From IMG/VR virus record IMGVR_UViG_3300028797_000156, positions 11,466 through 75,465 of that record: 64,000 nt of DNA. The stretch is one strand, 5' to 3'. Positions 18,632 through 28,700 of this stretch are shown in pieces. How positions within the stretch are numbered: the first letter of the stretch is position 1; each line of letters begins with the position of its first letter. The DNA comes from a virus. Its lineage: Duplodnaviria; Caudoviricetes. Under the pieces are notes generated by a model that saw nothing but the letters and a program-made list of their open reading frames with translations, searched no databases and was not told the origin of the DNA. The position numbers were made by a program, and so were the translations under genes.

Positions 18632-19541
18632 TTTTATTCCTCCTCAATGATAGATATATTTTTCCATCATTACGATCGTTGTATAACTTTCTAATGAGCT
18701 TTATTAACTGATCACATGGACGGTCTGGTTCTAAATCATCGGCAAAATTAAGTACCAATGATTCTGATACATTAGTAATATTTCCGTCTTTACCGAAATC
18801 CACAAACCAACGATACATTCGTTGATCTTTGATATATTTCCCATTCCTTAGAATCCATATATTCATTCTGGATTCATCGGAGAATATAAACACTTTCAGA
18901 TCCTCGTAAACACCCCATGTATCTGGTACTTGCGTTCCCGGTTTCAGCGTATGCCATCTGACTAAGAATCGGAAATCAATTGTTTCAAAGCCCTCTTCAT
19001 TTCTGATGAACGCTGGGTTTGGCATATTCTTTCCGGATTTTGTTAATCCAAATTTATGAATCATTTGATAAATCTGGTCAAAATCACACATATGCTTTTC
19101 CTTGTCCAACTTCTCTTGCCGTTTTCTGTCATACTCTTCCCATGTAATGAAACGTTTTGTTTCAAAATCAAATGGGGTTAATAGTTCAACGTTTCGGAAA
19201 TCCATATATGTTCTCTGATTACCTGGATCATTATGTATAACCACGGAGAAATCATCATACCATACTTCAATACGCGGTCTTTCATTTATATCCACTGATT
19301 GATCCGCATATGGATCATGGAATGACACTATATTGTCTGAATATGGTATTCCAAAATTGATATACTTTATCGGCATATCATCAATGGTGATTTCCGGATA
19401 ATCATATTCATCAATAGGTGTGCACTCACCTTTTAGAAACCAGCACTGCTGATGAGTCATATCAATCATCAGCGTGCCGTATTTTGCAAATACTCTTCTC
19501 TTTTCACTCATTATTTTCTTCCTCGTTCTCGATCTGTTCAC
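18624..19541 (-). CDS. Hypothetical protein, paralog of 16625-17437 (likely start 19511)
   Basis: Shared blocks as listed for 16625-17437. Confidence 0.7.
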   Translation of the reverse strand: MNRSRTRKKIMSEKRRVFAKYGTLMIDMTHQQCWFLKGECTPIDEYDYPEITIDDMPIKYINFGIPYSDNIVSFHDPYADQSVDINERPRIEVWYDDFSVVIHNDPGNQRTYMDFRNVELLTPFDFETKRFITWEEYDRKRQEKLDKEKHMCDFDQIYQMIHKFGLTKSGKNMPNPAFIRNEEGFETIDFRFLVRWHTLKPGTQVPDTWGVYEDLKVFIFSDESRMNIWILRNGKYIKDQRMYRWFVDFGKDGNITNVSESLVLNFADDLEPDRPCDQLIKLIRKLYNDRNDGKIYLSLRRNKNG

Positions 19542-20439
19542 CTAATAACATGTAGCATACCTTAAAGATATTATATAAACTTGGATGCTGCTTGATGATC
19601 TGCCAACATTCAAGGTTGATTTTATCATCCGGCTCATCCTCAAAATATAAATTTCCTTCATCATTAAATGAGAATTTTGCCCAACCTACTAAGTGTGAAC
19701 CTAATTCATCAAGATTCTGATTTGGAATGTCTTTGAAGATCGAAATAAACAGATAACTGTCTGTTCGCTTAATTTTTATCGCATCATCAGTATCTTTGCC
19801 CAAATAGTATATAGCCTGGTTTGGGTCTTTAAAGACCACGGTGCCCCATGGAATGAACTCTCTGTGTTCTGCCGCTAATACATATGGCAGTACAGTTCTT
19901 GCTAATCCATTTTTACCGCGAGCTTTAAATTTCGCTAAACCGGTTAATTCAACTCCGGATGTACTGGTATACTCATAATCCGCCAGATCAGATAATGTCG
20001 TGCATTCTTCTGCTAAAGCACGAACCATCTCCACATAATATACTAATTCCGGGAGATTTGGATCCAGCTGATACAGTCTCAGTGATACATGCACTGGGCA
20101 TTTTTGATGTTTCTGAATCCATTCAGCCGACTTAAGAATATTATCTCGTTCTCTCTCTTCATAGATCTTCAGAATATCTGCAGATTTTTCAAAGTATTTT
20201 TCTAAATACTCTAAAGAATTGGCTAATTCTACCAATCTTTTTATATCTTTTGGATTAGATTCGTTTATCAAATTATTAATGCAATCGATTCCCGTTTTCT
20301 TAGATACATTAACTTCTTCTTCATCTAGGACTAAGCTGATGCCATCATTCAGTCTGGTGATTACAGCATCAAGAAGATTGTTCATTCTTTCCTTTTCGTT
20401 CTCATTAAATGGTACGATCGATAACATGATCAACGCCAT
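19504..20439 (-). CDS. Hypothetical protein (likely start 20385)
   Basis: Long ORF in array; AAAGGA RBS. Confidence 0.65.
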   Translation of the reverse strand: MALIMLSIVPFNENEKERMNNLLDAVITRLNDGISLVLDEEEVNVSKKTGIDCINNLINESNPKDIKRLVELANSLEYLEKYFEKSADILKIYEERERDNILKSAEWIQKHQKCPVHVSLRLYQLDPNLPELVYYVEMVRALAEECTTLSDLADYEYTSTSGVELTGLAKFKARGKNGLARTVLPYVLAAEHREFIPWGTVVFKDPNQAIYYLGKDTDDAIKIKRTDSYLFISIFKDIPNQNLDELGSHLVGWAKFSFNDEGNLYFEDEPDDKINLECWQIIKQHPSLYNIFKVCYMLLGEQIENEEENNE

Positions 20440-20933
20440 CCTTTCATTATTCCTAATTCCTCAATTTCTTTTTTGATTACTTCAAAATCGAAATATTCTT
20501 CATCATTCAGTGAATTTATAATATAATCATATAAAGCAATTCCCGACATGTCCAACTCATAGACACATCGGGTTGCTTCGATTATATGTTCCGGGTATTC
20601 TTCTTTAAAAAGCATCCACCCGGCGGTCAATAATGCATTTGCCTTTGATTCATCTTTAATGGACATCTTGGTTATTATATCCATTCTTTTAATGGCATTT
20701 CTACAATCATTCAGTGCCATTTTGTAATTCTTCGAATATTTTATCGATTTTTTCATTTTATTTATTGCCTTACAGGCTTCCTGTTTGGCTTTATTAAAAT
20801 TAGCACGTAATGTATAGACATTACATTCCAATCGAGAGGTTTCAAGATTGGATATAATGCGACGCATTATCTGTTCCAAAAACTTTTGTTCTTTGTCATT
20901 CAAAACCGACATTGAAACCAGTTTCATTTCCAT
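20430..20933 (-). CDS. Hypothetical helical protein
   Basis: 167-aa ORF with RBS. Confidence 0.65.
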   Translation of the reverse strand: MEMKLVSMSVLNDKEQKFLEQIMRRIISNLETSRLECNVYTLRANFNKAKQEACKAINKMKKSIKYSKNYKMALNDCRNAIKRMDIITKMSIKDESKANALLTAGWMLFKEEYPEHIIEATRCVYELDMSGIALYDYIINSLNDEEYFDFEVIKKEIEELGIMKGWR

Positions 20934-21404
20934 TTATTCCATCCTCTCTAAAAGCTTGATGCAAATAGCTCTACTGAATGATTTGAACATTGGAAGTATT
21001 ATCTTTTTGACAACACTCACCAAATATGTATCGTCTGTCAATACTCTGCTAATACCATAGATGTTAGTGATATTGAAGTTTAATCTATACATAATAATTG
21101 GTGTTTCATATTCCCCAGCATAGAATGTTATTTCCATAGGAATATGATTCAGTGGGTTAGTATATTTTACCCTCATCTTCAGATGCATTGCAACGCATTC
21201 CTTATCCAACATTTCGATGTGCTTCTTTTCGAATAATATCTGAGGGATAATGATAGTATATCCCTCAGTACATTCTTCATCCATCGGATAATCTTTTTCC
21301 AGATGGAAATCTCTTTGTCTTTTGCAAAGAGTGTAAACCGTCCTGTCAAATAACTGATTACCTGTCATATCAGTTACCCCACTCCTCTGGGTGCTCAACT
21401 GCAT
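20934..21404 (-). CDS. Hypothetical protein (likely start 21368)
   Basis: GAGGAG RBS before MTGNQ. Confidence 0.6.
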   Translation of the reverse strand: MQLSTQRSGVTDMTGNQLFDRTVYTLCKRQRDFHLEKDYPMDEECTEGYTIIIPQILFEKKHIEMLDKECVAMHLKMRVKYTNPLNHIPMEITFYAGEYETPIIMYRLNFNITNIYGISRVLTDDTYLVSVVKKIILPMFKSFSRAICIKLLERME

Positions 21405-22569
21405 ATTTCATGAAATCAATCCATTTACCCTGACTCCATCCTTCTACAGTTTCATATGCCTTCTTATCGTATCCCTTAAACAACAAGCCTTTCTTATATG
21501 GGTCATTACCAAAGTTTTTCATTACCCATGCAGCGAAGAACTTTCTGCGTTCTTTCGGGTCTAAGATACTTTTCATTCCGAAAAGATCCACATCGAAAAC
21601 ATTGAGATCTCCGTCGCATCTTTCAGCAAATTCCTTCAGTTTATCAACATACTTATGAAGCTTCATAACTCCATTAGTATGTTCTGGGAAGTATGAGAGA
21701 AATTCACCATCCTCATTTGAAGCTACAACCTCAGCTAACCTGTCGAGGTTGATACCAGCACCCTTATAGTAATGCCTTGTCAAATATTCAACTGTTTTCA
21801 TCTTCACTCTATTGAAGTTCTTGTCAAATACAACGATGCCTTCATGATCATCGCCGTCCATTTCTTCGACGATTTTCTTGAAAGAGTCGAAACCTGATGT
21901 GTCGAATTTCTGTGGGAGCTTAATATCGAAATCTTTCATCAGATTCTGCGGAAGATATGTCTCAGGATTTCTGACTTCCTGTAAGGTTGGCATATCTCTA
22001 GCTGATAATAAGTAAAGACCTGGTTCATCATATTTGATTATCACCGTAGTTTTTGGCGATACAAGTTCAAATGTGTAGCACATTGTCTTATGTACTCCAT
22101 ATTTGTCAAATGATGATAAAGGTAATATTGACTCAAAGATCTCACCGAATGAAATCTTTTCAGTTGTCAAATTACCATCTGCATCAAAAACGTTTACATT
22201 TGCATCGTAAGCATCAATGGTACCATTTGATGCCAGTCTCCACTGGCCATCATACCAGTAAACAGACATTAGTGAACCATCGATCTTCTCATTTGCTGAT
22301 GCAGAATCCCAATCGATATCTGCTGCAAGGGATTCTCCCTGGTTGAAGAATTTGTAGAATGCTAATCTAAGAACCTTCCAAGTTCCCTCTTCGAGGATAA
22401 TTCCTCGTGATTCACATACGATCGGTTCGTGAAAATCACTTTCCACCTGATCGTACTTGAATAATACTCTTGTATCCTTATGCTTAATTTTTAAGCAATA
22501 AGGCTTCTGAGTAAGGATTTCCTCATAATCATTAGGATGTTCATTCAGAAATTTCTGCAGTTCTAACAT
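21370..22569 (-). CDS. RNA ligase, T4 Rnl1-like
   Basis: RVLFKYDQ, CESRGII, FYKFFNQGE, motif I EKIDGSL, TFELVSP, HEGIVV, RVKMKT. Confidence 0.88.
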   Translation of the reverse strand: MLELQKFLNEHPNDYEEILTQKPYCLKIKHKDTRVLFKYDQVESDFHEPIVCESRGIILEEGTWKVLRLAFYKFFNQGESLAADIDWDSASANEKIDGSLMSVYWYDGQWRLASNGTIDAYDANVNVFDADGNLTTEKISFGEIFESILPLSSFDKYGVHKTMCYTFELVSPKTTVIIKYDEPGLYLLSARDMPTLQEVRNPETYLPQNLMKDFDIKLPQKFDTSGFDSFKKIVEEMDGDDHEGIVVFDKNFNRVKMKTVEYLTRHYYKGAGINLDRLAEVVASNEDGEFLSYFPEHTNGVMKLHKYVDKLKEFAERCDGDLNVFDVDLFGMKSILDPKERRKFFAAWVMKNFGNDPYKKGLLFKGYDKKAYETVEGWSQGKWIDFMKYAVEHPEEWGN

Positions 22570-22891
22570 TTTCCTTTTCCTCCTTTAGTTTTTCTTCTAT
22601 GATAATTCTTGTTGGTGTTTTCATCACTTCATGTCCATGTTTGCGTAATACCGCATTAAATGCGGCATGCATAAGATCTATCTCGCATTCTTCATAATAG
22701 TCTTCAAGAAGATTCTCCTGAGGAATACCGGTGAGATCAGACAAGTCTTTTGATATAGCATTTATTAACGTTATCAATGTATTAACTATATCATCAGCTA
22801 CCATCGGGCTGGTAGCAATTGCACTCCCGTCAGACATAAAAACCACATGACCGTGAGCTGTTTCTATCATTCTTTTTTCTCCTTTTTGCAT
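22541..22891 (-). CDS. Hypothetical protein
   Basis: ORF in coupled array. Confidence 0.6.
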   Translation of the reverse strand: MQKGEKRMIETAHGHVVFMSDGSAIATSPMVADDIVNTLITLINAISKDLSDLTGIPQENLLEDYYEECEIDLMHAAFNAVLRKHGHEVMKTPTRIIIEEKLKEEKENVRTAEISE

Positions 22892-23520
22892 CTATACCGA
22901 GCATAGTATATTTGACCATTATCTTTTACAATTGACATGTATCTATCATACATTCTATACATCATATCCCATACACAAGATATAGTTTCCTGTGCAGTTT
23001 CATCTGTTATAACTGCTCGAGAATTCATGTAATCCAATAATGGTCGATCATCTGATAATTCCGAATTGATTCTTTTAACCGAGGTAATCATACCTCGGTT
23101 ATTGAATCTTAACATTAAACATGCAACGGGATAACAGATACCGGAAGCCCAGTCATCTGTTTCCCAAATAAGGATATACATCGTGTTTTTATAAATACGA
23201 AGATTCTCATCTCCAGTTATATATTTTATATCACTTCTGATTATTTCTGACTCGGCTATGTATTTCCCATAATATATTTCAATATCATTATGGGATCTGA
23301 GAAATTTATCATCATAATCCTTTTCATTGAAATAATGTTTTATGAAGAACTTAGAAGCCATATTTTTCCGATCAGGAGTAACATAAAATGAGTATTTTCC
23401 AGCTGGCAGTTTGCTACAAATGCTCATGATTTTGCCAACCAGATAATCGAAATCGTTTGTCATTTTTATGTCCATCCGAATAATCTCCGTGATGGTTTTG
23501 TTGGGTAAGCTCCCCAGCAT
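22867..23520 (-). CDS. Hypothetical protein
   Basis: ORF in coupled array. Confidence 0.65.
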   Translation of the reverse strand: MLGSLPNKTITEIIRMDIKMTNDFDYLVGKIMSICSKLPAGKYSFYVTPDRKNMASKFFIKHYFNEKDYDDKFLRSHNDIEIYYGKYIAESEIIRSDIKYITGDENLRIYKNTMYILIWETDDWASGICYPVACLMLRFNNRGMITSVKRINSELSDDRPLLDYMNSRAVITDETAQETISCVWDMMYRMYDRYMSIVKDNGQIYYARYRCKKEKKE

Positions 23521-24716
23521 GATTCCTTAAGAAGATCATCCCAGATTAAATCTGATGATGTTCTGAAGAATCTGTATTTAACTCCCGACTCATCAATGTA
23601 TTTTGTGACCCTTTCTATCAGATCATGATAATATTGATCATCTGCAAAATCTTTCAATGATGTTGAATGATTAGCGCTTAAGCTTGTCTTGATCGTGATT
23701 ACTCCATTATATTCATCTTCTTCACTCTTAAGCAGATTATTTTCTTTATCAAAGACGAATATGAACTGGACTAAGTCGGTTAATAAATGGCTTTGATCAT
23801 TTTCCTTTATTAAAGTCAATGTGACCACATTGGTCTTTTCATGGCTTTCTTCAATTAGTCTATAATATGAATAGACCCTTTCAGTGCCTTTGTAAGGACG
23901 ATCAGCTCTATAAGTAATGCAACCGCCAGCCCTAATCATGAGACTGAGGAGCTTCGATTTATCATCTTTATAGATTTTGAATGTTGGCTGTTCCTTTTCG
24001 TGTGTCAGCTCTTCAGCTAACAACTTTTTGTTGATGTCAGCAGCTTCGAATATGTCGACATTTTCACCAGTTTTTGTTCTATACATAGTCTGCCAAGCCA
24101 TTAATGTTCTGAACAAATCTTGTTCATATACTTCAGCTTTAAAAATATCATACACACCTCTAGTATTAAGATCGGCGAAATGCTCAGTCTTAAGTGAGAC
24201 ATATTTATGTGTTGATATCTCAAATATTCTACTTTCAATGGATTCAATAAAGAATCTGATGCCTCTAAGTCCTCTATTAAAATCCTCAACGGTAGCTTCA
24301 TTTAAAAAGCACAAACTTGTCGGATTTCCAACTTCCGATGGACTCATGATCTTATTACGAACAAGCATTAGATTTTCATTATCATCGAATTTTATTCTAT
24401 ACTCATTAAACATAATGAAGCATGATTCAACTTCGTCTCTATGCTTTCTGAGCCATCTAAACTCTAATTCACAACCAGGATGTGTTTGATCAGCACCCTG
24501 GAAGTGACCGATTATTTTGTAATCGTGCTTTCTAGTTCTGATAACTCGCTGGAATTCTATTCTATTTATCACATCATCATGGTATGATATTTTGAATACA
24601 TTATTTTCTTCAACATCTTCCCATTTTCGGATGAATCCGAGGACACCGATTACGTATTCAGCGTCTGACTGATCTTCTGGGAATCTTCTTCCTGGTTTAC
24701 CGATATCTTTAATCAT
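23466..24716 (-). CDS. 416-aa hypothetical protein
   Basis: GGAGG RBS; long ORF. Confidence 0.7.
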   Translation of the reverse strand: MIKDIGKPGRRFPEDQSDAEYVIGVLGFIRKWEDVEENNVFKISYHDDVINRIEFQRVIRTRKHDYKIIGHFQGADQTHPGCELEFRWLRKHRDEVESCFIMFNEYRIKFDDNENLMLVRNKIMSPSEVGNPTSLCFLNEATVEDFNRGLRGIRFFIESIESRIFEISTHKYVSLKTEHFADLNTRGVYDIFKAEVYEQDLFRTLMAWQTMYRTKTGENVDIFEAADINKKLLAEELTHEKEQPTFKIYKDDKSKLLSLMIRAGGCITYRADRPYKGTERVYSYYRLIEESHEKTNVVTLTLIKENDQSHLLTDLVQFIFVFDKENNLLKSEEDEYNGVITIKTSLSANHSTSLKDFADDQYYHDLIERVTKYIDESGVKYRFFRTSSDLIWDDLLKESCWGAYPTKPSRRLFGWT

Positions 24717-24717
24717 A

Positions 24718-25770
24718 TCATTTATCCTCCGAATTTTTCTTAATTTCTCTAGTCATTTGATCTGAAATGCATAAATGCATTAAATCTAGATAATCTATTT
24801 TTCCCATGAAATAGCCACATGGGGAAATGATTACATTTTTTAACTCAGTAACATTGGTATTCTCCAGAATGTATCTGTATCTACCCTGCCACTGCAATGG
24901 TGTTTTGATAGTTTTCACTTTCTTTGGGAAAGGTGATCCATATCTCACTATCCAGTCCGAGCCATTTAACTTTATGCGTGGGAATATTTCAACCCCTCCA
25001 TGATTGTTATAGCAGTACGACTTAGGGTACCACACCAGCACGTAGTCTTTTTCTTTATGAGAATTCTCATATGGAACACAGTAGAATTCACTTCGCGCAT
25101 CTCCTTTGAATAAGTTCATATGAATCTTAATCGTTGGAAGCTCATCATATTTGTCTGTGAACGCACATGCATAATTGGATATATCTTGCTTACGATCAAA
25201 TTTATGGCATATGTGTATCTCATATGGGAGATAACGACGATGCATAAATGGTGCCTTATTTTTCATTATTGCTCCTCTAGAGGTATATGCGAGCAACAGA
25301 TTATTCCTAATTGGATCTCTATTATCCTTGAGATTAACTCTTACAAGTTCTTTAGAATTGTATTCTTGATGTGTCATTATAATGGCTTTATCGAATACCT
25401 GAAGCATCTGGATGATATGATCATATGCTTCAAACATATCGTAAAATATTTCTCCATCTGGATGACTCATAAAATCTTCCATATGACTAAAGGTATCTGG
25501 AATAAGCTCGACGGAAAGTTTTGAAAACTTTTGGAATTTTTCTGATGCGACATACTGTATATTTACAAATAAACATATTACCGTTTTCACAGTAAAATTG
25601 TAATATGTATACATCACGTACTGTGTAGGATCAAATACATCGATGTCAACATCAATGTCATATCTATCATCAGACCACTGATAATATGGTATGCTATATT
25701 TGAGACGATAGACTGGATTTGCTTTAATTTGTATCATAGTTTTTCTCCTCTTTTCTTTGCAGAATACCAT
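24718..25770 (-). CDS. Hypothetical protein (likely start 25737)
   Basis: AGGAG RBS before MIQIK. Confidence 0.7.
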   Translation of the reverse strand: MVFCKEKRRKTMIQIKANPVYRLKYSIPYYQWSDDRYDIDVDIDVFDPTQYVMYTYYNFTVKTVICLFVNIQYVASEKFQKFSKLSVELIPDTFSHMEDFMSHPDGEIFYDMFEAYDHIIQMLQVFDKAIIMTHQEYNSKELVRVNLKDNRDPIRNNLLLAYTSRGAIMKNKAPFMHRRYLPYEIHICHKFDRKQDISNYACAFTDKYDELPTIKIHMNLFKGDARSEFYCVPYENSHKEKDYVLVWYPKSYCYNNHGGVEIFPRIKLNGSDWIVRYGSPFPKKVKTIKTPLQWQGRYRYILENTNVTELKNVIISPCGYFMGKIDYLDLMHLCISDQMTREIKKNSEDK

Positions 25771-25997
25771 TTCGCAATCATAGCTTTCCGCTTAAATAAT
25801 CTTATTTCTGATCTAACTTTTACCTCGGATAAACCCATTTCTTTCCCGATTTGAACATAAGTCATCCTTTCGATAAATCTCAATTTCAGTATCTCCTTGA
25901 GTCGTTTACTAACTGCTTTTGAATTGAGATTATCATCCGAAAAGTAGAAGTAGAAGAGATCAAGATCTTCCTTTTTTATCTGAGCTCCCCTGCTCAT
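25734..25997 (-). CDS. Sigma70 region-4-like HTH protein
   Basis: LKEILKLRFIERMTYVQIGKEMGLSEVKVRSEI; AGGAGG RBS. Confidence 0.7.
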   Translation of the reverse strand: MSRGAQIKKEDLDLFYFYFSDDNLNSKAVSKRLKEILKLRFIERMTYVQIGKEMGLSEVKVRSEIRLFKRKAMIAKWYSAKKRGEKL

Positions 25998-26310
25998 TTT
26001 CTACCTCCTTTATTAATCGACTAACTGTTCCCTGAGATATATCAAGAACCCACGCGATTTTGCTCTGCTGGAATCCTCTCATGTGATATTTTCTCACTAT
26101 CTCTTTTCTATCATCCAGATTAAAGATATCTGTGCACTGTTCTGGATGAAAATAATTCCAACATACAATCAAGAAACCATCGTCAGTCTCCAGTGAGACT
26201 GAACGATATTTCTTATTCATTCTTATATTTGTGACAGAGTTAAGGCCACAACCGGTTGTGGCCAAAACCTTTTTTCCTATTGTGAAGATGTCCATTACAT
26301 TGTCCTCCAT
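25960..26310 (-). CDS. Protein with C-terminal sigma70-r4-like HTH
   Basis: RKEIVRKYHMRGFQQSKIAWVLDISQGTVSRLIKE. Confidence 0.7.
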   Translation of the reverse strand: MEDNVMDIFTIGKKVLATTGCGLNSVTNIRMNKKYRSVSLETDDGFLIVCWNYFHPEQCTDIFNLDDRKEIVRKYHMRGFQQSKIAWVLDISQGTVSRLIKEVENEQGSSDKKGRS

Positions 26311-26834
26311 AAACTGATTATCATCAGCTTATCAAGATCGGTGAAAGTCTTGACAGCTAATCTCTGGAGACGTTCATTGATGTACTGTTTTACCAGCACA
26401 TTTTCAAATGTATACAACTCCATTCTCCATCTCTTGAGGACATCGAAATACATATCTTCAATTCTCTTGAGGTGGTCCATCTGCTTAACCTCATTTATTG
26501 CCAATTCAAAATATTTTGATGACTTTGCTAATACTCGAAGATTGACAATAATCGAGTTTTTACCAACTTCCTCAAGGGCTTGTCTATACTGGATCAGCTC
26601 AAGATTTTCAGTAAGACCGACTGGTGACACGCCGATCTTATTCTTCCATCTCGGGCCAAGCTTATCCAGCATCGCATACACAATGAGTGGATAAAACACG
26701 TACTCAAAACTATTAGCAGTAAGCACGTTTATTGGATACCCTTGAAGTTTAGGTACCTCAATTGTTACCCCTGGATACTTTTCTTCGAGCTGATAATACA
26801 GCTCCATATCAGGATTGTTTCCATACAATTCCAT
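26295..26834 (-). CDS. Hypothetical protein
   Basis: AAAGGAGG RBS; 179 aa. Confidence 0.7.
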   Translation of the reverse strand: MELYGNNPDMELYYQLEEKYPGVTIEVPKLQGYPINVLTANSFEYVFYPLIVYAMLDKLGPRWKNKIGVSPVGLTENLELIQYRQALEEVGKNSIIVNLRVLAKSSKYFELAINEVKQMDHLKRIEDMYFDVLKRWRMELYTFENVLVKQYINERLQRLAVKTFTDLDKLMIISLWRTM

Positions 26835-26859
26835 ATTTTCCTCCTTTTAATCTTATCAT

Positions 26860-28329
26860 TTATTTTTCAGGCTCACTTTTATCCTCATACTGAAGATTTG
26901 TGTTATAAGCCCAATGGAAATCAGTATATTTGATTCCCATCATTTCATTTGCTTCTTTTTCTTCAGGGAGCTGGTTATACCATTCTTCCCAGTCCGGTTG
27001 ATCTTTTTCATCAAGTGAATTATACCAGTCATAACCCTTCTGACGGGCATTAGAGTCTTCTTCTCCTCTTAATGCTATTTTCACCTGACTGTATTTTCTT
27101 CTGTCATAGCAATACACTATAGCATGTCCCATCTCATGCCTTAAAACAACGCTGTATCGTTTTGCTATTTCTTCCGGATCAAAGTTAGTATAATTCAGCC
27201 AGTGTACATTTAATGAGTCTATATTAATATAAACTTCATTTCCCATGTCTCCATAATATGTGTTTGATACACTCATATGAAGACCGTCTGCCTGAACCGG
27301 GAACTTCTCAATGATTTCCGAGAATGTCCTGGTATCACACAACTGATCATAATGCTTGTACTTTGCATGTACTAAACCAGCACTGTTTACGAAAATCAAT
27401 TTGAGGTTTTTGATGTGTTGTTCGAGATCTGGGAATCTCTCACAAACATCTTTCTTAATTTCCTCCCATTTTCCAAACAGAAGTTCAATTACTTTAATCA
27501 GATCCTTGAATCCTTCTGGAACCTTTTTACCATCAATCTTTGGTAGCTGATCTACTGTCTCAATCCAACGTAAACTATTATAATGATTAAATAGCACATC
27601 CATGTGTTTTCTAGCCCATCCAAACTGTTCTTCCAGTGTTGGGTCACCGGCTTCTATTGGTTCATCATCCATATAACCCAGTAATTCGATGGATCGAGCT
27701 GACAGCTTATCCCTGTAATTTGGATCGCCAATCAGTTCACCAAATTTCTTTTCAAAATTGTGACAGTAACAAACTTTGTCAAAGACAACGTTTGTTGCTT
27801 CATCCGTGTACCTCCAACCATCAAACCTCTTTTCTTCTACTATTATAAATTCAAGAGCCTTTTTGAAGATTGGAGCTATATCCTCTGGCAATCTGTCCAG
27901 CATATATAGCTTATACAGAATCAGCATAGAAAATATACGCAAGCATTCTAATTTTATGCTGAGACTTACTATATCGAATTCATACTGATATTTTGCTACA
28001 ACAACACAAAAGGTTATGAATTCTGAATGTAGATAGAACTCGAAGTCCTGATATGTGTACTCATCTGATATAAACTCTTTAATATCGTCACATTTTTCAT
28101 CTGGATGTGCTTTATTATAGAAATTAAGTATATTTCCATAATAAAGTGTCGGTGTACACATCAGTTTGGATATTCCCGCTGCATTTGTTATGTTTTTGAA
28201 AGATCCATCAATTGAGCCCTGAATATATCCATGAGCCCAGTTCTTATCAACGATCTTTCTTTTTTCTTTTTCTTCAACCTTTTCCTTTTCCTCTTCAACT
28301 TTCTTCTTCTTTGTAGTTTCTTTTGACAT
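26860..28329 (-). CDS. 489-aa protein with C-terminal HExxH zinc metallopeptidase domain
   Basis: VYINIDS...VLRHEMGHAIV...YNQLPEEKEAN. Confidence 0.7.
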   Translation of the reverse strand: MSKETTKKKKVEEEKEKVEEKEKRKIVDKNWAHGYIQGSIDGSFKNITNAAGISKLMCTPTLYYGNILNFYNKAHPDEKCDDIKEFISDEYTYQDFEFYLHSEFITFCVVVAKYQYEFDIVSLSIKLECLRIFSMLILYKLYMLDRLPEDIAPIFKKALEFIIVEEKRFDGWRYTDEATNVVFDKVCYCHNFEKKFGELIGDPNYRDKLSARSIELLGYMDDEPIEAGDPTLEEQFGWARKHMDVLFNHYNSLRWIETVDQLPKIDGKKVPEGFKDLIKVIELLFGKWEEIKKDVCERFPDLEQHIKNLKLIFVNSAGLVHAKYKHYDQLCDTRTFSEIIEKFPVQADGLHMSVSNTYYGDMGNEVYINIDSLNVHWLNYTNFDPEEIAKRYSVVLRHEMGHAIVYCYDRRKYSQVKIALRGEEDSNARQKGYDWYNSLDEKDQPDWEEWYNQLPEEKEANEMMGIKYTDFHWAYNTNLQYEDKSEPEK

Positions 28330-28384
28330 TAATCTTACTCCTTTTCATTTATATTTTAAGAAAATATATTTTCTCTCATCTAAA

Positions 28385-28402
28385 TAATAATATACATACG
28401 AA
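28385..28402 (-). promoter_or_regulatory. Candidate early phage promoter
   Basis: Plus strand TAATAATATACATACGAA. Confidence 0.65.
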
Positions 28403-28660
28403 AAATATATAAAACAGTTCATCATTTTGTATTTATTTTTATTGAAATTTATATGTTTTTCTGATATAAAAGTATAACGGTGAAACTACACGATAAATTA
28501 AAATTTATTTAAAAAACTTAAAATTATATTTTAATTAAAAATATATAAAATAATTAAAATCTTTTTTGATAAAGTTGATTATTTCATAATCAAAATCATG
28601 ACGGTCAAACTGATAAAGTTGAATAAGCCCACCTAACTTAAAATTGGGATGGGTTTTTCA
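28403..28660. other. Very AT-rich non-coding tract with paired direct repeats
   Basis: TGATAAAGTTGA at 28567 and 28611; AACTTAAAATT at 28515 and 28635. Confidence 0.5.
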
Positions 28661-28700
28661 AATACACTTCCATGGATAAATCTCAAATACAAAAAACAAA

